Assembly: GCA_963812135.1 (NCBI GenBank)
Contig: CAWETU010000004.1
Span: 1 to 19,784 of the forward strand
Reading direction: 5' to 3'
From: Vulcanimicrobiota bacterium
Lineage (GTDB): Bacteria; Vulcanimicrobiota; Vulcanimicrobiia; Eremiobacterales; Eremiobacteraceae
DNA: 19,784 bases
A program made the position numbers and the translations under genes. The notes under the pieces were generated by a model. The model had not been told where the DNA came from and did not search any database. It saw only the letters and a program-made list of their open reading frames with translations. This document shows, in pieces, positions 7,589 to 14,827 of this stretch (its first letter is position 1; every line of letters begins with the position of its first letter).

Positions 7589-8920
7589 CTATGCCTTGGT
7601 CTTCGGAGTGTAGCCCTCGCGCGCGGGAATCGTCTGCGCCGCCAGCTTCGCCGGAGCGTCGCTCTGGCTGCACGGCTCGAGCGTGTCGCTCGCCGGCACG
7701 ATCTGGTTGATCTTGAAGAACTGGTTCGGGAACTTCCATTGCGATTTTGGAATCGCCTCGGTCACCAGAACGTCGAGCTCGTTTTGGTGATCGCACGCGC
7801 GGATGTGACAGAACTTCTTCTGCAATCCGTTGAACGTGAGGCCTTCCATCGCTTGCGAAAGACGCGTCGCATCCGTCGTGCCGGCACGCAGGATCCCGGT
7901 GATCGCGGCTTCCGCAGCGAGCCAGCCGAGATACATGCGCCAGTCGACATACGAGGCGCCGGCCGCTTTGAGCTTGACGCCAAGCTGCTTGGAACCATCG
8001 CTCGGATAATCGGGGGCCCACGGGGCACCCCAGATGCCGCGATTGTTCTCGACACCGTAACCGAGCGCCACTTCAACGCCATTGAGCGGCCCGCCGACCT
8101 GCTTGAAGAACTTGTCGAGTCCGAGCTGCACGTATTGCTTCATGCCGTTGACGAGATCACCGCCGTACCAGCTCAGCACGAGCACATCGGCGCCGCTGTT
8201 CTTGGCCTTGGTCAGCTGCGCGGTGAAGTCACCCGAATTGGTCGGAAATGCGGTGAGCTCGTTGCCGAGCGACTGGCCGCCGTTGGCCTCGAGCACCTGT
8301 TGGAAACCCGCCTGTGCCGAATGCCCATACGCGTAATCAGGCGTGATGAAGAACCACTTCTTGCCGAAGGGAAGGAGCGCTTTCGCGGTCGCGTTCGCAA
8401 GCATCGAGTTGGCGGCCGTCGTGCGGAACGTCACCGGGTGCGCGTTGCTGCCGGTGATCGTCGTGTCGTGCGTGCCAGCGGCGACGTAGACGATGCCAAG
8501 ACGCTGGGCCAGCGCGGAAAGCGCGAGTCCGACGCCCGACGACACCTCGCCGACGAGCACATCGACTTTATCCTGCTCGATGAGCTTCGTCGCATTGGGG
8601 ACCGCGACATCAGGTTTTGCCGCGGTGTCTGCGTGGACGAGCTGGATCTGGCGGCCGAGCACGCCGCCACGCGCGTTCCACTCGGCAACCGCGACCTTCT
8701 TCCCGAGCGACTGGCTCGAGCCGCTGACCGCGTAGACGCCGCTGGTCTCGTCAACGTCGCCGATGAGAATCGGCGCATTGTCTGCGACGGCGGCCGGCGC
8801 GTAGCCAAGCGTCGTCGCGACCGCGGTTCCCGCACCTGCGATCGCAGCCGCGCCCACACCGGCGGCGAGAAAATCTTTTCTTGAAAGCGAGGACGGATCT
8901 TTTGGCTCGGATTCCGACAT
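7589..8920 (-). CDS. ABC transporter substrate-binding protein (LivK-like, type 1 periplasmic binding fold) with a Tat-like signal peptide
   Basis: SRKDFL is followed by an Ala/Gly-rich h-region ending in AVA. Other motifs are SGVYA, NARGGVLGRQI, ITPDYAYG, DFTAQL and IRACDHQ. An SD (AAGGGGA) precedes ATG8920; the alternative start is ATG8941. Confidence 0.9.
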   Translation of the reverse strand: MSESEPKDPSSLSRKDFLAAGVGAAAIAGAGTAVATTLGYAPAAVADNAPILIGDVDETSGVYAVSGSSQSLGKKVAVAEWNARGGVLGRQIQLVHADTAAKPDVAVPNATKLIEQDKVDVLVGEVSSGVGLALSALAQRLGIVYVAAGTHDTTITGSNAHPVTFRTTAANSMLANATAKALLPFGKKWFFITPDYAYGHSAQAGFQQVLEANGGQSLGNELTAFPTNSGDFTAQLTKAKNSGADVLVLSWYGGDLVNGMKQYVQLGLDKFFKQVGGPLNGVEVALGYGVENNRGIWGAPWAPDYPSDGSKQLGVKLKAAGASYVDWRMYLGWLAAEAAITGILRAGTTDATRLSQAMEGLTFNGLQKKFCHIRACDHQNELDVLVTEAIPKSQWKFPNQFFKINQIVPASDTLEPCSQSDAPAKLAAQTIPAREGYTPKTKA

Positions 8921-9031
8921 TGTCTTCCCCTTTGCGCCCATTTCGCAGCGATACGGATGAACGCCGTCTGTTCAAGTGCGACAACGGCGTCGGTTTCTCG
9001 TGCGGCCACTACCGAAGGCTAGGGCCGGACT

Positions 9032-9040
9032 ATTATGCCA
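9032..9040 (-). promoter_or_regulatory. Putative extended -10 promoter (TGgCATAAT) for the ABC operon
   Basis: The minus strand reads TGGCATAAT about 110 nt upstream of the SBP start. No clear -35 is present. Confidence 0.4.
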
Positions 9041-9067
9041 GCTTTTTGCCGTCTCCTGTGGCTTTAG

Positions 9068-10135
9068 CTAGTCGGGGTGCATCGGCTGCGCGGGTATCGG
9101 GCCGGGCGCGGGCACAACTCCGCCGGGCCGGATGCCGCGCAGCATATCCGACCATGCCCTGGCGATCGCCGGGTAGATGGTGGCAAGCGAGTGCGTACCG
9201 GCCGGTTGCTCGTAGTAGCCAGTGGGTATGCCGCGCTCGCGCAAGACGCGAGCCGCGAGCCGGACGTAGGAGTTGGGTATCACGTCGTCGTCGACGCCTG
9301 AAACCATGTAGACCGGCTTGCCCGCAAAGCTGGCGAACACCGCTTGTTCGTCCTCGTTGGTGGGTCCGCCGGCGATCGCCAAAAACCCGGCCCAGTCGCC
9401 AGGGCGCTGAGGACCGACCGAATACACGCCATATCCGCCCATCGAATATCCCGCGAGAAACGTGCGATGCGAGTCGATATTGAACGCCGCTTTAGCGGCG
9501 TCGAGCGTCGCGTAGATATCTTGTGGCGCAGGTTCGGCGTACTGGACGTCACCGCGACCGTAGGGCGCGACGACGATCACGCCGTTCGCGTCGGCGAGTT
9601 CCCGGAACCACTTGATCGCTAGGATGTCCATCTCGCTCTGCGTGCGCCCGTGCAAGAGGATGACCAGCGGCGCGGCTTTATCTGCACGATATGACAGCGG
9701 CACGTAGATCGCCACCGGTTGCATCGTGCCGTCCGCCGGCGAGCGCACGACGACTTCGTCGACGCCGCGGACCGCGGACCAGGGATGATACTGGCCGGTC
9801 GCTAGCTGATGGATCAGCGTCGCCGTCATGTCCGCTTCGAGCGCCATCGCCTGCGCGTACTCTTCCGGCGTGATGCTTCTCGACGCCGGGATGTCGTTCA
9901 ACGTTCCGAAGTCCTCGTCGAGACGTGCCTCGATCATGACGGCCGAGCGCGATCGCTGATCGATCGCGCTGAAGTGAGTCATCAGCTCCTGGCGAGCGTC
10001 GCCGAGCTCTTTGCGGGCCAGCACGAGGGCAGCGGGGGTCACCTGCGGCGAAGGCGCGGGAGCCAGCGGTGGAGGTGTGGCCGTTGCCCCCGCCTGCGCG
10101 ACGAGCACCAGGGCGAGCGCGAGAGCGTGGGTCAT
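9068..10135 (-). CDS. Secreted alpha/beta-hydrolase (PHB-depolymerase/esterase-like), ~355 aa
   Basis: Signal peptide MTHALALALVLVAQAGA and a Pro-rich linker, then YVPLSY...PLVILLHG, nucleophile elbow GYSMGG, acid residue in GVDDDVIP and His in GTHS. ATG10135 is preferred because it places the signal peptide at the N-terminus. Confidence 0.82.
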   Translation of the reverse strand: MTHALALALVLVAQAGATATPPPLAPAPSPQVTPAALVLARKELGDARQELMTHFSAIDQRSRSAVMIEARLDEDFGTLNDIPASRSITPEEYAQAMALEADMTATLIHQLATGQYHPWSAVRGVDEVVVRSPADGTMQPVAIYVPLSYRADKAAPLVILLHGRTQSEMDILAIKWFRELADANGVIVVAPYGRGDVQYAEPAPQDIYATLDAAKAAFNIDSHRTFLAGYSMGGYGVYSVGPQRPGDWAGFLAIAGGPTNEDEQAVFASFAGKPVYMVSGVDDDVIPNSYVRLAARVLRERGIPTGYYEQPAGTHSLATIYPAIARAWSDMLRGIRPGGVVPAPGPIPAQPMHPD

Positions 10136-10278
10136 GAGGGTGCGTGATTCGACAGCGTCGAGCACCGGTCCCATGCGCCGAATTAGTGCCATCTTTTTGC
10201 AATGTCGCGATAATGAAACCTTAGCCGTCGAACGGTAGTATAGTCGGCGTCAGTAACAACACGGCGAAAAGGAGACAT

Positions 10279-10809
10279 ATGCATATGCTCGCAGGTTCCA
10301 AAGCCGGTGTCCGTCGCATTGCGGCTACCGCGATGACGCTCAGCGTTTGCGCAGCGCTGCTCGTCCACATCCCCGCTTCAGCTGCCGCAACATCTGTCCA
10401 GACGGTCGCCGATGCGGGCGGCGCGTGCGGCAGTCTCGAGATCGGCAGCAGCGCAAGCAAGGACGTCCTCGCCGCCGAGAACTGTTTCTCGAAAGCCTAC
10501 ACGAATTGCGATGCGGCGCTGATCTCGGTCGGTTACCACGGCGGTGATGCCGGCGTCTCGCGCACGTTCGAAACGATGCGCAATCAAAACAGCGACGCAT
10601 GCCAGATCGCAGAGGTGGTCGACCACTACAAGGGAACAAACGTCGCGTCGAGCGACACGTATCTCTGCAACGACGTCAAGCAAGCCGGCGACGGCCTTAC
10701 GTTCAAGGACTGCGGAGCCGAAGGCGATGTCTTCGTGCCGGCCGATCTCGGCTCGTCCAGCGCGAAGAAGCTGATGACGCTCGCGGACGCGTTCCGGCTC
10801 GCGACCTAA
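10279..10809 (+). CDS. Hypothetical secreted protein with six mature-region cysteines (176 aa)
   Basis: Strong SD (AAAGGAGA) before the ATG, a signal peptide ending near ASA-A, a GC-rich third codon position, and a downstream terminator. Confidence 0.85.
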   Translation: MHMLAGSKAGVRRIAATAMTLSVCAALLVHIPASAAATSVQTVADAGGACGSLEIGSSASKDVLAAENCFSKAYTNCDAALISVGYHGGDAGVSRTFETMRNQNSDACQIAEVVDHYKGTNVASSDTYLCNDVKQAGDGLTFKDCGAEGDVFVPADLGSSSAKKLMTLADAFRLAT

Positions 10810-10832
10810 TCCACACAGGATGTACGACGGGG

Positions 10833-10865
10833 AGAGGCGCTGAGGGAATCGGCGCCTTTTCATTT
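10833..10865 (+). terminator. Intrinsic terminator
   Basis: AGGCGC-TGA-GGGAA-TCG-GCGCCT is followed by TTTCATTT, just downstream of the 10279-10809 gene. Confidence 0.75.
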
Positions 10866-10881
10866 GAAGCCGCGCACCGCA

Positions 10882-11805
10882 ATGCGCGTCGTCAGCCTCC
10901 TGCCGAGCGCGACAGAGATCCTCTACGCGATCGGCGCCGGGGACGATGTCGTCGGCGTCACCCACGAGTGCGATTTCCCGCCGCGCGCGCGCAGCAAGCC
11001 GCGCTTGACCTCGAGCGCGCTGCCGGCGGTCGCGCGCGCGGCCGACATCGACCGCCACGTGCGCGCGCACTTGCATGCCGGCTCGTCAATCTACACGCTG
11101 GATGCGGCTTTGCTCGAGCAACTACGCCCAGACCTTATCGTCACCCAAGAGCTCTGTCCGGTGTGCGCGGTCTCGTACGAGACGGTGAGCCATGCTACGC
11201 GCCGTTTGCAGGGCGATCCGCGCCTCGTCTCGCTCGAACCGTCCAGTCTCGCGGACGTCTATGCGACAATCGAGTCGATCGGGGCGCTGACCGGCAGGGC
11301 CGGCGCGGCTGATGCGCTTGTCGCGCAGCTGCGCGATCGCGAAGGCGCGTTGCGCGCGCTGACGGCCGCTGGCCCTCGCCCGGCCACGCTCGTGCTCGAG
11401 TGGACGGATCCGCCGATGAGCGGCGGCCACTGGACGCCCGGACTCGTCGAGCTCGCGGGCGGGCGGGCACTTCTCGCGCATCCCGGCGCGGATTCACAAC
11501 GCTTGGACTGGGATGCGATCGCAAGCGCCGATCCCGACGTCATCATCATCGCGCCGTGCGGCTTCGATCTAGCGGCGTCGCTGCGCGCCACTGGCGAGCT
11601 TGCCAATAATTCCGTGTGGAGCGGTCTGCGCGCCGTGCGAGCCGGTCGCGTGGCGGTCGTCGACGGCAACGCCTATGTCAATCGTCCTGGACCGCGCCTG
11701 CTGGACTCCGCGGAGATATTCGCAGCGGCGATCCACCCCGAGATCGCGCGCTCGCTTCCCGAATATCCCGACGGGTGGGCCTGGCTATCCCTCGCAGCGC
11801 TCTAG
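10882..11805 (+). CDS. BtuF/TroA-fold ('cobalamin-binding protein'-annotated) protein without signal peptide, 307 aa
   Basis: Begins MRVVSLLPSATEIL. Has GVTHECDFP, PDLIVTQELCPVCAV, LEWTDPP, GHW, PDVIIIAPCGF and NRPGPRL. No N-terminal export signal and no adjacent permease. Confidence 0.85.
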   Translation: MRVVSLLPSATEILYAIGAGDDVVGVTHECDFPPRARSKPRLTSSALPAVARAADIDRHVRAHLHAGSSIYTLDAALLEQLRPDLIVTQELCPVCAVSYETVSHATRRLQGDPRLVSLEPSSLADVYATIESIGALTGRAGAADALVAQLRDREGALRALTAAGPRPATLVLEWTDPPMSGGHWTPGLVELAGGRALLAHPGADSQRLDWDAIASADPDVIIIAPCGFDLAASLRATGELANNSVWSGLRAVRAGRVAVVDGNAYVNRPGPRLLDSAEIFAAAIHPEIARSLPEYPDGWAWLSLAAL

Positions 11806-11810
11806 GTTGT

Positions 11811-12710
11811 CTACGAAAGCGCGCGGCGCAGATCCCCGGCGCAACGTTCGAGCAGGTCATTCGCTTCTTTTGGGCTGCAGCGCCGGCGCAATACGACGAC
11901 CGCCGGCTTGACGCCATACTCGCAGGCCTCCAGCGCCGCGCGCGCTTCTTCTTCTCCCCGCCCGGAAAGCAACGCGACCATACGCACGGCGCGCGCACGC
12001 AGTTTTTCATTCGTCGCGGCGACGCCGACCATGAGGTTGCCATGGACGCGGCCGAGTTTGACCATGACCGCGGTGCTGATCGTCGCGAGCGCCATCTTCT
12101 GCGCGGAAGCAGCCTTCATGCGCGTCGAACCGGCCAGCGCTTCGGCGCCGGTCAGCAGCGCTATCGGCACGTTCACCGCTTGCGCCAGCGGACTGCGCTG
12201 ATCGTTGGTGATGCCAACAGTGAGCGCGCCGGCGCCGGCCGCTTCACGCATCGCGCCAAGCACGTACGGCGCGCGGCCGCTCGCTGACAGTCCGATTACA
12301 GCATCGGCCGAGCCGATGCGCGCCGAACGCACCTCCGCGCCGCCCGCCGCCGCGTCATCTTCAGCGCCTTCTACAGCGCGCGACATCGCAGCCGGGCCGC
12401 CGGCGATGTGCGCGACGACCAGGTCATCGGGGACCGAAAACGTCGGCGGCATTTCGGCGGCGTCCGTCACGCCGATCCGTCCGCTCGTGCCCGCACCGAA
12501 ATAGTGAAGCCGTCCACCGCGCGCGAGCCGGTCGGCGATCGCGTCGACCGCAGTGCCGATCGCGTCGAGCTCGCGCTCGACCGCCCACGCCGCGCGCCGG
12601 TCTTCGTCATTGATGCGATGCAGCAGCTCGTGCGTGTCGAGCCGATCGAGATCCGCGGTCGACGGATTGATCTCTTCCGTCAGCGGCAGGTCGTGGCGAT
12701 TCTCACTCAT
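11811..12710 (-). CDS. murQ: N-acetylmuramic acid 6-phosphate etherase (299 aa)
   Basis: Has LTEEINP, GAGTSGRIG, DAAEMPPTF, IAGG, AVEGAEDD, SASGRAPY, GSTRMKA..AQK, GNLMV and NEKLRARA. Both catalytic Glu positions are retained. Start ATG12710 overlaps the upstream gene by 8 nt. Confidence 0.96.
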   Translation of the reverse strand: MSENRHDLPLTEEINPSTADLDRLDTHELLHRINDEDRRAAWAVERELDAIGTAVDAIADRLARGGRLHYFGAGTSGRIGVTDAAEMPPTFSVPDDLVVAHIAGGPAAMSRAVEGAEDDAAAGGAEVRSARIGSADAVIGLSASGRAPYVLGAMREAAGAGALTVGITNDQRSPLAQAVNVPIALLTGAEALAGSTRMKAASAQKMALATISTAVMVKLGRVHGNLMVGVAATNEKLRARAVRMVALLSGRGEEEARAALEACEYGVKPAVVVLRRRCSPKEANDLLERCAGDLRRALS

Positions 12711-13644
12711 GGCGTACGGTTTCGAGAGCGAGGCGCGCTGCGCCCAGCGCCGGCGAAACCGAAAGCAATGTGATATCGCATGGGCCGCGAGCCAGTAGGG
12801 TCGCACGCACCACGTCCGCCAGCGCGGGAACCACTTCGAAAACGCCGCCGGTGAACGCCACCGGCAAGGGCCGGTCGCCTTCGCGCACCTCGGCAGCCAC
12901 CCTATTGGCAAGTCCGCCCAGCACCGCGCCGTGCTGTTCGACGATGCTGCGCGCGGCTTGGTCGCCCGATTCATATGCCGCGCCCACATGGATGGCGAGC
13001 CTTGAGATCTCCGCGACCCGCAAGTGCGCGTCGCGCAACCGCTCGTCGACATCGACGGCGCTGCGCGCGTCGAACGCGCTGGCAACGAAAATGGCGAGGT
13101 CTTGCTTGCGCTCGAGACCATCGAGCGCCGCCGACGTGTGCTCGAGCGCGCTCCGAGCGATCGCGTAGCCGCTGCCGGGATCGCCCACCCGCGCTCCCTT
13201 ACCGCCGGCGCGAGACGGCGTGCCGTCTCTGCGCTCGCCATAGACGAGCGAACCAGTGCCGGCGATGACGACCATCGCGGGCCGATGCGGCGTCGAGGCT
13301 TCCAGCGCGATGCGGCCGTCGTGCACGATCGTCAAGGCGACGTTCGGGGGCATCAAAGGGGTGACGATCGTGCGCAACGAGTCGATCTGAGTCTCGCCGC
13401 CGGCGCCGGCAGCGCCGATGCAGATCGCGCGCACGTCGCCGCGCTCGAGCAGCGGCGCGAGCACCGCCGCGAGGCTGCGTCCGACGGCTTCAGGGGTGTC
13501 GACGCGCAGATTTGCGCCGGCGCCGAGCGACCTTGCGATCTCGGCGCCGTTCGCGTCGACCAGAATGCCCTCGGTGTGGCTCGCGCCGGCATCGATGCCG
13601 ATCGCGACGCCGCGACCTTCAGTAGTCGACCTTCGGTTGGGCAC
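12703..13644 (-). CDS. BadF/BadG/BcrA/BcrD-family amino-sugar kinase (GlcNAc/MurNAc kinase, MurK/NAGK-like)
   Basis: Has GIDAGASHT, GAAGA, IVHDGRIAL, VIAGTGS, RAGGKG..GDPGSGY and FTGGVF. It lies between anmK and murQ. Confidence 0.82.
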   Translation of the reverse strand: MPNRRSTTEGRGVAIGIDAGASHTEGILVDANGAEIARSLGAGANLRVDTPEAVGRSLAAVLAPLLERGDVRAICIGAAGAGGETQIDSLRTIVTPLMPPNVALTIVHDGRIALEASTPHRPAMVVIAGTGSLVYGERRDGTPSRAGGKGARVGDPGSGYAIARSALEHTSAALDGLERKQDLAIFVASAFDARSAVDVDERLRDAHLRVAEISRLAIHVGAAYESGDQAARSIVEQHGAVLGGLANRVAAEVREGDRPLPVAFTGGVFEVVPALADVVRATLLARGPCDITLLSVSPALGAARLALETVRHE

Positions 13645-13645
13645 C

Positions 13646-14827
13646 TCACGATGCTGCCCAAATCGTGCGCATCAGTTTCGCGAAATTCTTGCCGGGCGCG
13701 ATCACGCCCATCACCACGCCGCTGCGCGCACCCGTGGCGGAAGGCAGATTGTTGGCGCGGCCGTACAGCGCTTCGTGCGCGAGCACGGCGAACGCCATCG
13801 CTTCCTTGGCGTCCACGGGCATGCCGAACGCATCCGAGCGCTCGATCACGGCGCGCACGGAACGCTTCTCCAGTTCATCTTCTAACATCGTCATCAGCGC
13901 CCGATTGTGCACGCCGCCGCCCGACACGATGATCCGCTGGCATTCGCGCGGCACGGCGGCGGCGATCGTGTGCGCGGTCAGCGCCGTCACGCTCGCGATC
14001 AGATTCGGGCCGGTGACGCCGAGGTTCGCGGCGCGCTGTAAGACGTCGCCTGCGTACGCTTCACCGAATTCCTCACGGCCCGTCGACTTCGGACTCGGCC
14101 GGCGGAACCACGGCTCTTCCATCAACTCGTCGACGAGCGCCTGTGAGACGTGGCCGCCTTGCGCCAGCGCGCCACCACGATCGTAGCGCTGCACGCCGTG
14201 CGATTCGAAGCGCATGCATGCATCGATCAGCATGTTCCCAGGACCGGTGTCGAATGCTCGGACTTGCTCGGGACTCGCGCCGGCAGGCAACCAGGTCACG
14301 TTGGCGATGCCGCCGATGTTGAGCGCAAGCCGGTGCTCCGTGTCGCTGCGCAACAAGAGATAGTCGACGAACGGCACAAGCGGCGCCCCTTCACCGCCGG
14401 CGGCCACGTCGGCGACGCGAAAGTCCCCGACGGTCGTCACGCCGGTCGCTTGCGCGATGATCGAGGGCGAACCGATCTGCAGCGTCGCGCGCGCCTCGGG
14501 CCGTGCGCCCGCGGCGTGATATAACGTCTGGCCGTGCGAGCCGATCGCATCGACGCCCGCCATGTCGATGCCCGCGCGCGTGCACAGGCGCGTCGCGGCG
14601 TCGGCAAACGCCTCCGCAATGCGAGCGTTGAGCACGCAAACGTCTCGCGTGCTGCCTTGTTTAGGCGGCAGCGATGCTTCGAGCGATGCGCGCAAAGCCG
14701 CGTCGTACGGCGCCGTCGAGTGGCCAAGCAGCGCGATGTCGAGGCGATCGCCGTGGCGTTCGACGTCGATCGCGGCGGCGTCGATGCCGTCGAGCGACGT
14801 GCCCGACATCAGACCGATGATGCGCAT
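13646..14827 (-). CDS. anmK: Anhydro-N-acetylmuramic acid kinase (393 aa)
   Basis: Has GLMSGTSLDGIDAA, GSHGQT, DFRVADVAAGGEGAPLVP, LNIGGIAN, FDTGPGN, PKSTGREEF, SGGGVHN and KEAMAFA. Confidence 0.97.
   Translation of the reverse strand: MRIIGLMSGTSLDGIDAAAIDVERHGDRLDIALLGHSTAPYDAALRASLEASLPPKQGSTRDVCVLNARIAEAFADAATRLCTRAGIDMAGVDAIGSHGQTLYHAAGARPEARATLQIGSPSIIAQATGVTTVGDFRVADVAAGGEGAPLVPFVDYLLLRSDTEHRLALNIGGIANVTWLPAGASPEQVRAFDTGPGNMLIDACMRFESHGVQRYDRGGALAQGGHVSQALVDELMEEPWFRRPSPKSTGREEFGEAYAGDVLQRAANLGVTGPNLIASVTALTAHTIAAAVPRECQRIIVSGGGVHNRALMTMLEDELEKRSVRAVIERSDAFGMPVDAKEAMAFAVLAHEALYGRANNLPSATGARSGVVMGVIAPGKNFAKLMRTIWAAS

Noticed and set aside
7502..8884. 460-aa + strand ORF antisense to the SBP gene
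   Set aside because: Arg-rich shadow ORF with no motifs, as expected opposite genes with strong GC codon bias.
8925..9060. c-di-GMP-I (GEMM) riboswitch-like words (GGCAAA, CGAAA, GGGCGCAAAG) in the ABC leader
   Set aside because: The words are not in the spacing or pairing arrangement of the aptamer, and the GGCAAA lies upstream of the putative promoter.
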